Notes under the pieces: generated by a model
Seen by the model: the letters and a program-made list of their open reading frames with translations, nothing else
What the model was told of the DNA's origin: nothing
The model's database searches: none
Shown: piece after piece, positions 1-9,489 of the stretch
Layout of the letters: every line of letters starts with the position of its first letter
How positions within the stretch are numbered: position 1 is the stretch's first letter
Origin: a virus
Taxonomy: Duplodnaviria; Caudoviricetes
Length of the DNA: 64,000 nt
Reading direction: 5' to 3' (one strand)
IMG/VR virus record: IMGVR_UViG_2675903066_000001
Location: 1-64,000 of that record
Made by a program: the position numbers and the translations under genes

Positions 1-321
1 ACCTTCACCGGCCGCGCCTGGTTCGACCGGACGACCTTCACCGGCAGCGCTGAGTTCCATGGTGCGACCTTCACAGGCCACGCCGTATTCCTCGAAGCGA
101 CCTTCACTAGGCACGCATCGTTCGACAAGGCGACGGGGCTGGAACGGGCGCAGCTGGCCCACGTGCGGGTGGCACCCTCCATGAGCGCGCAGCGGTTGTG
201 GCCGCCGAACTGGCAGATTGAGGCGGGCGCGGACGGGTGGGCAACCCTGCGCCTGGCCGCGCCCGGCGGTGACGCGGAAGCCGAGACGGCGCAGGAGCAG
301 GAGCCAGAGGGGTTGACCTAG
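1..321 (+). CDS. Pentapeptide-repeat protein, 3' end (partial)
   Basis: Frame 1 reads TFTGRAWFDRT-TFTGSAEFHGA-TFTGHAVFLEA-TFTRHASFDKA and ends at TAG 319-321. Confidence 0.8.
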   Translation, partial: TFTGRAWFDRTTFTGSAEFHGATFTGHAVFLEATFTRHASFDKATGLERAQLAHVRVAPSMSAQRLWPPNWQIEAGADGWATLRLAAPGGDAEAETAQEQEPEGLT

Positions 322-413
322 AGTTCCTTACCGAGCACCCCGACCTGCAGAACTCAAGATCGCATTGTCGCGCCGGAACCTTTTACGTTGTCCTGCGGGC
401 TCAGGTATTGCGG

Positions 414-602
414 CTATCCAGGGAACGCTATGACCTCGACCAATTCCGCAAGATCAACGTGACGGGTGAGCTCCCCGATGGTGGCGCAGTAGCCGATAAG
501 GTAACGGCGGCCGTGGACCCGTTGCGTCACCTTCATGAGAGCGCGGGTGTCCAACTGGATGACCTCTACCAGGATGCTGTTGGGGCCGAGCCATACCGAC
601 AT
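414..602 (-). CDS. Small hypothetical protein
   Basis: 62-aa ORF with protein-like composition, downstream of the XRE regulator. Confidence 0.5.
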   Translation of the reverse strand: MSVWLGPNSILVEVIQLDTRALMKVTQRVHGRRYLIGYCATIGELTRHVDLAELVEVIAFPG

Positions 603-689
603 ACCACAAGAAACTACACATAGCGGACTTCAGGCCATAATGCGGACAGGGTCGGCGACACCGGAAAGCGGCGATAGCCGCGGTAACAC

Positions 690-1922
690 CTAAGCGCCGA
701 GCTGCGGCCGCTGCTGACCCGACGGGCCGTACAGCTCCCGGTACGCCTCCCGTAGCTCCTCAGCCACCGCGAGGCCTCGCTGCTCGACACCCGCGATGAT
801 CTCTTTCGCCCGCCAATAGTTCGAGGGCACCAGCACGCCGCTCGTGATCGCCTGGAGAGCCACATGCCCAGCTTCCCCCGGCTCGTCCGTGGACAGCAGA
901 GCCAAGGACAGATCTAACCGCGCGGCGGCCGCCCTGCGCGGGCGCGGGCCGCCGTCATCCGCGGACTCCAGGCGCTCCAGGACCTGCCGCGCATAGCCGA
1001 CCGCTGCAGGGTCGCCCAACCATGAGAGCGTTGTCACGGTGTACGCCTCGCTCTTGGTCGGGTCGTACCGGTAATGGTGTTCCGGCTGATCCGGCATCGG
1101 CATGGGAGAGACCAACTGATGAATCCGGGTCAGCGCCGCTCGAGTTTCGATGCCCCGCCCCATACGAGCCCACGCCCTCCCTTCCTGCCCGGTCGACTGG
1201 ATGAAGGCCGAACTGGAACGTGGGGCGACATCCTGCGCTGCCTGAGACAGCACCAAGGCGTGGTGATATTCACCATCGGTGAGGGCCTGCCACGCCTCGG
1301 TTTCCAGGCACCACGCCCTGATCTCCGGGTGCTCCGCATGGTGCGCCAACTGGGCCGCGGTCCGCAGTCGTGCGGCGGCTGCCGGGTACTGCTTCAGGTC
1401 GATGTGACACGTCGCGCCGAGCAGCGACAGCCATCCGCCGGCCACGAGCAGGCGGCGATGCTCGGCGATGGTTTTCTTGCCGTCGAGGAGGCGCCCGACG
1501 TACTCCAGGTGCCGCCGCACCCGCCCAAGGAGCTGCGTCGGCGGAGTCCGTTGGTAGGCGGATGCCAGGTCATCCACGGCGACCTCAAGACGCTCCAGCG
1601 TCTCTCTGCCGACATCGCTGGCCGCCGCCCGGCGGGCGAGCTCCATCGCGTCGATCTCGTCTCCGAGGTCGGTCTCAGCGTCCGTATGGTTGAAGAGAGC
1701 GTGCTCGCTCAGGCCGTAGAGGCGGCAGTACAGCTCTGCGTACTCGTCGTCAGGCCGGTGCCGGCCCGACTCATGGTCCCGGATTCGGCGGATCATGCTC
1801 TCCGGTTCAGGCATCGATCTGTCAGCTACGGCAGATAGACGCACCGCGAGGTCCCGCTGAGACCAGCCTCGTCGTGTCCTCTCGGCGCGTAGCCGACTGG
1901 CCCAGGCCGGAGCCTTAGTCAT
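690..1922 (-). CDS. XRE-family HTH regulator with helical/TPR-like C-terminal domain
   Basis: LRAERTRRGWSQRDLA...IRDHESGRHRP HTH; actinobacterial 'sporulation-associated' type C-terminus; ATG at 1922 preferred. Confidence 0.85.
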   Translation of the reverse strand: MTKAPAWASRLRAERTRRGWSQRDLAVRLSAVADRSMPEPESMIRRIRDHESGRHRPDDEYAELYCRLYGLSEHALFNHTDAETDLGDEIDAMELARRAAASDVGRETLERLEVAVDDLASAYQRTPPTQLLGRVRRHLEYVGRLLDGKKTIAEHRRLLVAGGWLSLLGATCHIDLKQYPAAAARLRTAAQLAHHAEHPEIRAWCLETEAWQALTDGEYHHALVLSQAAQDVAPRSSSAFIQSTGQEGRAWARMGRGIETRAALTRIHQLVSPMPMPDQPEHHYRYDPTKSEAYTVTTLSWLGDPAAVGYARQVLERLESADDGGPRPRRAAAARLDLSLALLSTDEPGEAGHVALQAITSGVLVPSNYWRAKEIIAGVEQRGLAVAEELREAYRELYGPSGQQRPQLGA

Positions 1923-2016
1923 CGCGTGCACCTCCGAGGGCGGACACGGGAGGACATCGGGGTTCGCCTCTAGCGTCCTCTCCCGAAGTCGTACCACACA
2001 CGGCTGTCATAGATAC

Positions 2017-2355
2017 GTGAATCTGAACACGGACAACCAGCCTGCGGGAATCACCGGCTATCGCGTTCGTGAGGCCATGGCACAGGCAGCGCTTGTACAG
2101 GACCTTCGGGGTCGGCAGCTGTCCGTGCTGCGCAACACCTACCCGGGTTGGGACATCGACGCGCCGAACGATTCGAGCGGCGCGCAGAGCTGGACGGCCA
2201 GGCTACGCATCCCGCTGACCTTCGAGCTGATGACCGCTGGCGCTCAGCAGAGTGTGGCGCAGGTCGACGCTATCGCGCTCGCCTCGGCCCTGGCATGGCA
2301 AACAGCCCTCATCAACAACGGCCGCCTCTACCACCGATCTAGGGCCGGCCAATAA
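2017..2355 (+). CDS. Hypothetical protein
   Basis: 112-aa ORF divergent from the XRE gene, upstream of the RiPP cluster. Confidence 0.6.
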   Translation: MNLNTDNQPAGITGYRVREAMAQAALVQDLRGRQLSVLRNTYPGWDIDAPNDSSGAQSWTARLRIPLTFELMTAGAQQSVAQVDAIALASALAWQTALINNGRLYHRSRAGQ

Positions 2356-2475
2356 GGCTCCCGGCCCGCCGCTTCGCGAAAGGCTGCAGGCGGTGGGCCG
2401 GGTCAACCCCACGCAGGCGCGGCGGTGGCCCGCACCCAATCGTGTCCGCCGCCGCGCCCCTACCAAGGAGGTCTG

Positions 2476-2721
2476 ATGACCATCACCGCGACACGCCCCT
2501 GGGGCATGAGCCGCATGACGCCGCACATGGAAGCGGTGCCCCTGCCATGGGCGTCCACCGTCCTCGATGAGGACACCCAGCTCGCCATCTACCGCGACGG
2601 GGACGGCAGGCCCGTCCCGATCACCGCGGCGACGTACCAGACCGTCACCACGTCGAGGCCGCATGACGGCTCGGGGAACGCGTCCCCGAGCGCGGACGAC
2701 TCGAACACCGACCAGAAGTAA
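2476..2721 (+). CDS. tgmA: ATP-grasp-modified RiPP (graspetide) precursor
   Basis: AAGGAGG RBS then ATG 2476; leader RPWG...LDEDTQ; core TYQTVTTSRPHDGSGNASPSADDSNTDQK (Thr/Ser half, DG, Asp half). Confidence 0.85.
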   Translation: MTITATRPWGMSRMTPHMEAVPLPWASTVLDEDTQLAIYRDGDGRPVPITAATYQTVTTSRPHDGSGNASPSADDSNTDQK

Positions 2722-2723
2722 CC

Positions 2724-3695
2724 ATGCGATCCTCTCCGGGCACCGTCATGGTGATCACGTGCATGGACGATGTCACCGCCAACCCCGTCATCGCCGCGCT
2801 CGTGCAGCGCGGCGCCCGGGTGGCCCGGGTGGATCCGGCTGACATCGGCCCCGATTTGACGTTCAACGCTCAGATCGGGGCCGATCAGGTTGGATGGTCC
2901 GGGCTGATGCGGACCCCGTCTCGGGATGTAGCGCTGGAGGACGTGCAGGCGCTCTACTACCGCCGGCCGTCGCCGTGGCGCTTCCACGAGCTGCCCCCGC
3001 AGGCGCGGGAGTTTGCGCGCGCCGAGGCCCGGCACGGGCTCGACGGCATGCTCGCCGCCCTACAGGGGTGCCGATACGTCAACCACCCGGCCGCCGAGGC
3101 ACGGGCCGAAATGAAACCAGCGCAGCTCCAGGTGGCCGCCGAGGCGGGCTTCGCCGTGCCGGCCACCCTCATCACCAACGACGTCGACGCCGTCCGCGAG
3201 TTCGCCGCCGAGCACGGCCCCATCGTCTACAAGTCGTTCCGCGGAGTGCCCGAGGCGCCGGGCGGCGAGGTGGCGGCCATCTGGACGCAGCGTGTAGATC
3301 CGGCCGACGTTGACGAGTCGGTCAGCGTCACCGCCCACATGTTCCAGGCCGAGGTGCCCAAGACGGGCGACGCCCGCGTCACGGTGATAGGCAATCGCGT
3401 GTTCGCCAGCGAGATCACCCACCAGGACGGCACACTCGACTGGCGCCGCACCGACTCGGATCGCCTCGTCCACACCCCGATCGACGTGCCTGCCCCGATC
3501 CGAGCCGCGATACGGCTCTACATGGATTGGTTCGACCTCACCTTCGGCGCCTTCGACTTCGGGCTGGTCGGCTCCGGAGCCGACCGCTCGTGGGTGTTCT
3601 TGGAATGCAACCCCGGCGGGCAATGGGCCTGGCTGCCCGACAGGGACTCGATAGCGGCAGCCATCGCCGACGCCCTGCTCAACTTGGAAGGATGA
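2724..3695 (+). CDS. tgmB: ATP-grasp ribosomal peptide maturase
   Basis: YYRRP, KPAQL, PATLITN, FQAEVPK, FGAFDF and FLECNPGGQW motifs. Confidence 0.92.
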   Translation: MRSSPGTVMVITCMDDVTANPVIAALVQRGARVARVDPADIGPDLTFNAQIGADQVGWSGLMRTPSRDVALEDVQALYYRRPSPWRFHELPPQAREFARAEARHGLDGMLAALQGCRYVNHPAAEARAEMKPAQLQVAAEAGFAVPATLITNDVDAVREFAAEHGPIVYKSFRGVPEAPGGEVAAIWTQRVDPADVDESVSVTAHMFQAEVPKTGDARVTVIGNRVFASEITHQDGTLDWRRTDSDRLVHTPIDVPAPIRAAIRLYMDWFDLTFGAFDFGLVGSGADRSWVFLECNPGGQWAWLPDRDSIAAAIADALLNLEG

Positions 3696-3699
3696 TTGC

Positions 3700-4830
3700 A
3701 TGAACGACCTAGCCGCCCAGTTGCGGCACGAGCTCGCCGGCCAGATCGGCTCTCCACGCTGGCGTGCCGCGCTGGAGTCGGTGCCGCGCGAGGTGTTCGT
3801 CGGCGACCACGTGTTCCGCGACGACACCGCCGAGTGGGTGCCCATGCACCGGTCGCAGATGAGCAGCGAGGACTGGCTGGCCCTCGTCTACAGCGACCGC
3901 AGCCTCGTCACGCAGGTCGCCGGCGTCATGGCCGAGGACGCCACCGAGCCGATCGCCTATGCATGGGCGACGTCATCGTCCACGCTGCCGAGCCTCGTCG
4001 TGAGCATGCTGCACACGGCCGGGATCAGCGCCGGCGACAAGGTGCTGGAGATCGGCACAGGCACCGGCTACTCGACGGCGCTGCTGTGTCATACGATCGG
4101 CGCGGAGGCCGTCACCTCGATCGAGTATGACCCGGAGGTCGCCCGCAGGGCGGAAGCCGCGATCGTGGCGGCCGGGTACGCACCGACCCTGCTGGTCGGC
4201 GATGGCCTGCGAGGCTTCAACGAAAACGCCCCGTACGACCGGCTCATCGCCACGTGCGCGGTGCGGACGATCCCGCCGGTGTGGTTGCGGCAGGTCCGTC
4301 CGGGCGGGACGATCACCGCGCCCATGCTGGGGTGGCTCGGTGCCGGCGCCCTGGCGCACCTGGAGGTCGCGGACGACGGCACCGCGAGCGGCACCTTCCC
4401 GGACATCGTGTATTTCCAGCCCGCCCGGCCGCACGCCGCCCCGCCCATGGGCACGATGAAGCTCGGCGTCGGAGACGTCAGCCACACCACCATGGACCCG
4501 GCGCTGCTGACCGACCAGACGGGCCAATTCGTGGCCCAGCTCGCTGCGCCCCAGGCGCAGCACGCATGGATCGAGAACACCCTGGCACTGCACGACGTGG
4601 AATCGGGCTCGCATGCTGATGTCGAGCCCGCGGACGCGGGAGGGTGGACGGTCCACCAGTCCGGCCCAAACCGCCTGTGGGACGCGGTCGAGCGAGCCCT
4701 CACCACGTGGATGGACGCTGGCAAGCTGAACCTGTCCGCGTTCGGCCTCACCGCTACGCAGAACGAGCAGCGCGTTTGGCTGGGCAGCCCCGACGGGCCC
4801 ACGTGGGACCTTCCCCGCGCTGGCGCGTAG
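3700..4830 (+). CDS. tgmC: PIMT-like methyltransferase of the ATP-grasp RiPP system
   Basis: SSSTLPSLV, VLEIGTGTGYST, YDRLIATC and the FGLT...QRVWL C-terminus. Confidence 0.9.
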   Translation: MNDLAAQLRHELAGQIGSPRWRAALESVPREVFVGDHVFRDDTAEWVPMHRSQMSSEDWLALVYSDRSLVTQVAGVMAEDATEPIAYAWATSSSTLPSLVVSMLHTAGISAGDKVLEIGTGTGYSTALLCHTIGAEAVTSIEYDPEVARRAEAAIVAAGYAPTLLVGDGLRGFNENAPYDRLIATCAVRTIPPVWLRQVRPGGTITAPMLGWLGAGALAHLEVADDGTASGTFPDIVYFQPARPHAAPPMGTMKLGVGDVSHTTMDPALLTDQTGQFVAQLAAPQAQHAWIENTLALHDVESGSHADVEPADAGGWTVHQSGPNRLWDAVERALTTWMDAGKLNLSAFGLTATQNEQRVWLGSPDGPTWDLPRAGA

Positions 4831-4892
4831 CGTGACACCCACCGATCACAGCTCCTAGGAGTGCCGCCGAACCCGGTCAGGAGAAACGCGAA

Positions 4893-4930
4893 AAGCCCCC
4901 GCCCGCCTCCGAAGAGGCGAGCGGGGGCTT
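4893..4930. terminator. Intrinsic terminator hairpin, probably bidirectional
   Basis: aagcccccgcccgcctc-cgaa-gaggcgagcgggggctt, flanked by A- and T-rich bases. Confidence 0.75.
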
Positions 4931-5266
4931 CTTGTTAAATGCCGGAATATAGCAACCTTGGTACGGCATGTCAGCATCTTCATGCTTGGCCCTGTAGCGG
5001 AAACTTGGTCCGCTTCGGCAATCCCGGGGCCACAGACTTTCTCCGATGGCGGTATGTTTTGCTGCGTACTGGACAACGATCGCGACGGGGATGATCACTG
5101 TTTGGGCGAGCCTTTGGGTGGGCCGCCGGAGTGGTGCTAATTGTCGTTGAGGTCAGCTCTCTGTTCCACGCGAGGTCGGAGCTTGTGCACGGCCGCCGAC
5201 CCGGCCTAGGCCAGTCGACCGGCTGGTCTGAGAGCCCCCATAGGGGCATGGAACATGGAGTGCCAT

Positions 5267-5389
5267 ATGTGCCAGTGCGACCGCAAGCCCGTAGACCCGG
5301 GCGACAAGGTGACGAGGTGGGCGTCTATCACGGGCGCTGCCGCCTCGGTCGGCAGGTTCTTCTTGGACCTGTTCGACAGATGGAAGTGA
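5267..5389 (+). CDS. Putative 40-aa amphipathic peptide (type I toxin-like)
   Basis: GGAG RBS; MCQCDRKPVDPGDKVTRWASITGAAASVGRFFLDLFDRWK*; below the ORF-track size cutoff. Confidence 0.4.
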   Translation: MCQCDRKPVDPGDKVTRWASITGAAASVGRFFLDLFDRWK

Positions 5390-5816
5390 CGGCCCCGGAT
5401 CGAGCCGGTTACCACCAGCTCGACGCCAGGGCCGCCGCCTAACCAGGAGGGACTCTCGCCCCGGTCCTAGCCCGACCGGATTCCGGCGGTGGGTCCCTCC
5501 ACCCTTTTGCTACCCCGCAGGCTCGTACAAGTGACAGATTTAGCCGCCTCGCTTTACCTTGCGGTTGAACGCACAGTACACAACCGACTACGCGCCCGCC
5601 GCCAGAAGGGGGGTATTCTGCCAGAATGCCCCTTTTGGGGTTTTTAGTCGCACGCAGCGCTGTGCCATGATGCTCCACATGCCACAAAAATTCTAGGGTT
5701 ATGTAGAATTAGGTCCGTTATATCATCAGATATCCCCTTCGTGCCAACATGCACGATCGGGCGTGGAGGTCCGCATCGCGAGCGGCATGGTTCCATGCTC
5801 TTCGAGCGTAAGACGA

Positions 5817-6443
5817 TCAAATGCTGCTGTTCTCGGTCAGGTCGACACCCACGATCGGAACCAGCACGGTCAGGTTCGGGTAGTCGCCTCCGATGTCGGT
5901 GGGCAGCTGGGTCAGGCCGGGGTGGGTGAACGTCCGGCGGCCGTTCGGGTTGTAGATGTCCGGCTCCGAATAGATAGGGTTCTCCAGCATGATGAAGCCG
6001 GGCTGCTTGCCGCTGTACTGGGGCACGAGAGCGGTCAGCCAGATCATCCGGTCTTCCGCCTCAGCCGACACCGGGGCGTCGAGCGGGGAGTAAGACCATC
6101 CGGACGTCATGAACAGCTCGGGGTCGTTGGCCGTCGCCGCGACGAGACCGCCTGCCTCGCTGTAGACCGCCAGCCGCGCCTCACCCGACCGGGTACCCTC
6201 CGCTGCGCTTGAAAGCAGCACGCCCAGGTGAGTGATCGCCTTACCCGCCGGCAGGACGGCTTTCGCACACACCATCTGCCGCCCCAGCGGTGCAGCGCCG
6301 TTGACGTGCTCCGGCAGGAGAGTCGCGCACGACAGTCCGTACACGTCCTCAGCCCGCAACACAGTCGGGGCGGCCGCGGGAGGATTAGCGGTGCAACCGC
6401 AGCAGTTCACAGTGATGTCGTCGCCGGTGATCGTGATCGTCAT
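5817..6443 (-). CDS. Hypothetical beta-rich protein, last gene of the late operon
   Basis: 208 aa, GGAG RBS, N-terminal CCGC. Confidence 0.7.
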   Translation of the reverse strand: MTITITGDDITVNCCGCTANPPAAAPTVLRAEDVYGLSCATLLPEHVNGAAPLGRQMVCAKAVLPAGKAITHLGVLLSSAAEGTRSGEARLAVYSEAGGLVAATANDPELFMTSGWSYSPLDAPVSAEAEDRMIWLTALVPQYSGKQPGFIMLENPIYSEPDIYNPNGRRTFTHPGLTQLPTDIGGDYPNLTVLVPIVGVDLTENSSI

Positions 6444-6491
6444 TAACGCTCCAGGCAGATCGAAGGGTTGTCCGACAGCGGATCGGGATGG

Positions 6492-6746
6492 CTACCGCTG
6501 CTCAAGCGGCAGGTCCGGCCGCGCGGTGTGCTTGGCCCTGTAGCCGGACACCCACGTGATCAGGCCGGGCAGAAGCGGGACCGCGAGCGTCTCCAGCCAG
6601 TCAGGCAGAAACGCGATCAGGTCGAGGTCGGCGCTGACGGTCTGCAGGACGGCCAGGAGCGCCACCAGGCCGAGGTACGAGCCGGCCGTCGCGGCGGTCA
6701 CCTTCCGCTCGATCGGCGTGCCGTAGGTCACGGGCTCAGCGTGCAT
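6492..6746 (-). CDS. Holin
   Basis: IERKVTAATAGSYLG, two TM helices, GYRAKHT-R tail of actinophage holins; GGAGG RBS. Confidence 0.85.
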   Translation of the reverse strand: MHAEPVTYGTPIERKVTAATAGSYLGLVALLAVLQTVSADLDLIAFLPDWLETLAVPLLPGLITWVSGYRAKHTARPDLPLEQR

Positions 6747-6956
6747 GATTCCTCCAGAGAGAATGGGACATGCGAAAAGCGCCGCCCGGATGGGCGGGCC
6801 ACTCAGGGTTAGTTCGTTTCGCCCAGCACCGCCGTACGGCCAGACTTCTGAGCTCAGCCTCGGGTGGTACTCAGACAGCTAAGACCGAACGGTCGACGTG
6901 AGCAGCTACATAGAAGCCCCCTCCCAGGAGCAATCAGAGCGTGCTCAACTGACGGG

Positions 6957-7466
6957 ATGCAGAGTGCGATCACGAGCCTCATCGCCATCGCCGGCACACT
7001 GCTGGGCGCCGCAGCTACCTATGTCTTTCAAGCGCGTGCAGCAAAGCAGGCGCGATTAGAAGCCCGGGAGGAGCGGCTCTGGCAAGAACAACTCGCTGCC
7101 TACAGTGCATACGCCGGTGCCATCACCTCGTACCGAGCAAGCCAGAGTGCCCGCTGGTATCGCAAGCGGGAGGACCCTGGCGGGTCCGCGTACATCAACG
7201 CCCGGGATGAGGCGCTCAACGAGCGTGCGAATGCCAAGGCCGCGCTGTTTAGGCTGCGGCTGCTCAATCCGGACGCGGAGCTAGGTCGGCTAGCGTCGGA
7301 AGCACTAGATGTCACTACTGCCATCCACCGCGCCCAGGATGACGCCGCGCGAGAGGAGCAAGCGGAGCGTTCGCAAGCTGCGCTCCTCGCTTTTGTGGAG
7401 TCCGCATCGGCCCAGATCCGGGCCCGAGCGACGCAATCAACATCTAGGCGCCCGTCAATATCCTGA
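6957..7466 (+). CDS. KilB-like membrane-anchored protein (moron in the lysis cassette)
   Basis: N-terminal SLIAIAGTLLG TM followed by a helical domain; opposite strand; lower GC. Confidence 0.6.
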   Translation: MQSAITSLIAIAGTLLGAAATYVFQARAAKQARLEAREERLWQEQLAAYSAYAGAITSYRASQSARWYRKREDPGGSAYINARDEALNERANAKAALFRLRLLNPDAELGRLASEALDVTTAIHRAQDDAAREEQAERSQAALLAFVESASAQIRARATQSTSRRPSIS

Positions 7467-7520
7467 CCAGTCTGCAGCACTCAACCGAGACTGGTCTCGG
7501 AGCAGGGCGAGGCAGGGCGG

Positions 7521-8252
7521 TCAGTCCATACGCAGCAGCTTCGGCCACGTCTTCGGGCCGCACTGGCCGTCCACCTTCAGCCCGGCCGCCTTCTGGAACG
7601 CCCTCAGCGCCTCCTCCAGAGGCCCGCCGAACACCGTGTCGTCGATGCTGTCGTTGAGGCCGTAGCCGCGGGCGTGCAGCAGGTAGAACACGGTCTTGAC
7701 GTCGTAGCCTTTACTGCCGCGCTTCAACAGCGGAAGCGTCTTCACGATCTCCTCCGTCCTATCCGCCGCCGCGGCGGGCGTGGTGCTCTTGCCTCCGTAG
7801 AGGGGGTAGCCGAACCCGGCAATGACCGACATCGACCGCTCACGCCGCATGACGCGGTTGGACGTGTTGCCCTCGATCGTCACCACCGTGCCGTCCTTAC
7901 GGACGGACTCGACGACGCCAACGTGGTCGATCGCGGGGATGTTCTTAGAGCCGGCCCAGTCGAAGAAGACCACGGCGCCCTTGCGCGGGGTCTGCCCCCA
8001 CTGGCCGCGGTCCTTGAACCACTGCGCGTGCCCCGGCGTCCACGCCGAGTCGCCCACCACGGCGAGCAGGCCCGCCTTGTTCGCGGCCCACGACACGAAC
8101 ATGTCGCACCACGGCTCGCGGGCCCACTCCTCCGGCTTGCCGTGCCGCTTCGCCCACCACTGCCCGAACACCGACCAGCCGTTCGGCGACTCGGTGTACC
8201 CGAGCTGGGCTCGCATCACGTCGAGCAGGCGATCCTCAGGCGACTTCGCCAC
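7521..8252 (-). CDS. Endolysin, CHAP + PG_binding_1
   Basis: PWCDMFVSW, DHVGVVE, TIEGNT; C-terminal FQKAAGLKVDGQCGPKTW. Confidence 0.93.
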   Translation of the reverse strand: MAKSPEDRLLDVMRAQLGYTESPNGWSVFGQWWAKRHGKPEEWAREPWCDMFVSWAANKAGLLAVVGDSAWTPGHAQWFKDRGQWGQTPRKGAVVFFDWAGSKNIPAIDHVGVVESVRKDGTVVTIEGNTSNRVMRRERSMSVIAGFGYPLYGGKSTTPAAAADRTEEIVKTLPLLKRGSKGYDVKTVFYLLHARGYGLNDSIDDTVFGGPLEEALRAFQKAAGLKVDGQCGPKTWPKLLRMD

Positions 8253-8514
8253 CCTCCACCTCCTCCAGGTCCTCGACGACCGACCCCGGCTCCTGCGGCA
8301 GCCACGACTGATCCGGGTCGAACTCGGTCACGTCCGCATCCATCCACGGCGCCGGCGGCCGCGGCGCGTCATCCTCGATCGGGGGCACGATCTCCTCCTT
8401 GCTGTTGAGGGCCAGCCAGTCGGCCACGGTGAGTTTCAGGTCCGCCTCGGTCAGGCGGAAGGGCAGGACGGCGGGCACGACAAGCACGCCGTCCTCGGCG
8501 GGGAACACGGTCAA
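8236..8514 (-). CDS. Acidic hypothetical protein
   Basis: 92-aa ORF overlapping the endolysin start. Confidence 0.55.
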   Translation of the reverse strand: MTVFPAEDGVLVVPAVLPFRLTEADLKLTVADWLALNSKEEIVPPIEDDAPRPPAPWMDADVTEFDPDQSWLPQEPGSVVEDLEEVEGGEVA

Positions 8515-8518
8515 CGGG

Positions 8519-8860
8519 TCAGCCCCGCGTCAGCTGGATCAGCGCGATCACCGCGCCGGCCACCGCAACCAGCGCCGTCACGACGCCGATGATTTGCCGG
8601 GTTCGCTCCGTCAGCTGCGTGCGCGTCACCGACTCCCGCTCGACCGCATCGAGGCGGGCCTCCAACGCCGCGTACCGGATCTCAGCGGTAGCCCGGTCCT
8701 GCTCGACGCGCTGGGCCAGCTCGGCATGCCGGTCGTCCACCTGGTCGAGACGCTGCAGGATGAGCGCCGTGGAGCCGTTGGTCTTCTCGAACCCGACCTC
8801 GACGAGGCGCCGCAACGTTTCCAAGGCGAGTGCCAGGTTGGGCACCTCCTCACTGGTCAC
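8519..8860 (-). CDS. Coiled-coil protein with C-terminal TM (lysis-associated)
   Basis: GTG 8860 overlaps the upstream stop; LALETLRRLVEVGF...; C-terminal TM. Confidence 0.7.
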   Translation of the reverse strand: MTSEEVPNLALALETLRRLVEVGFEKTNGSTALILQRLDQVDDRHAELAQRVEQDRATAEIRYAALEARLDAVERESVTRTQLTERTRQIIGVVTALVAVAGAVIALIQLTRG

Positions 8861-9291
8861 AGCGGGATCGACTCTCCGTCCAGGCTGTAGGCGATGTCGT
8901 AGTTGTCGTATCGGCGGACCACGACAGTGCGGCCCTGCGTGGCCAGGCCCTGAGCGAATTCCACGGCCGAGACCGGCGCCGTCTGGTACGAGGCGACGCC
9001 GAACGCCCGCTCCGCGATCGCGTACAGCAGCCACCGCACAGGCTGGTCGGCCGGAGCGTCACGGACGCACACGAACCACGCGCGGTCAGACCGGACCAGG
9101 CTCTGGCCGCCGGAGTAGATGGAGCGGCGGCTGGCGTGGCCGTACTGGTAGAACAGCTTGGCCGCCTGGTCCACCTTCTCCAGGTCCGGCCCCGCGCCGC
9201 CGTTCGGGTCGTCGCCAATCGGCAGGGACATGTCGGTGTCCGGTGGGGTGAACAGCTCCATGGTGATCTCCAATCCCTGGGCTTGCGGCAA
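8857..9291 (-). CDS. Hypothetical phage protein
   Basis: 144-aa ORF in the late operon. Confidence 0.65.
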   Translation of the reverse strand: MPQAQGLEITMELFTPPDTDMSLPIGDDPNGGAGPDLEKVDQAAKLFYQYGHASRRSIYSGGQSLVRSDRAWFVCVRDAPADQPVRWLLYAIAERAFGVASYQTAPVSAVEFAQGLATQGRTVVVRRYDNYDIAYSLDGESIPL

Positions 9292-9294
9292 TGG

Positions 9295-9489
9295 TCAGGC
9301 GTGAGGCGCCTGAGCGTTCGTCTCGGCGCGGAGCCGCTCCAGCTCGGCGCGGAGTTCGTCCCGCTCGGCGGTTCGCTGCACAGCCACGGCCTGCCACTGC
9401 GCGGCCTGATCCAGCGCTTCGTTGCGCTGAGCAGCCACTACCAGGGCGTACGGCTCCAGCGGGACAGCGAAGGACTGAGGGTTATCCAT
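9295..9489 (-). CDS. Small coiled-coil protein
   Basis: AAGGAG RBS, 64 aa. Confidence 0.65.
   Translation of the reverse strand: MDNPQSFAVPLEPYALVVAAQRNEALDQAAQWQAVAVQRTAERDELRAELERLRAETNAQAPHA

Noticed and set aside
4930-5810. tRNA, CRISPR array or attachment site in the long intergenic region
   Set aside because: No cloverleaf/T-loop consensus or regularly spaced repeats were found; ORFs 4877-5098 and 5131-5442 lack support.
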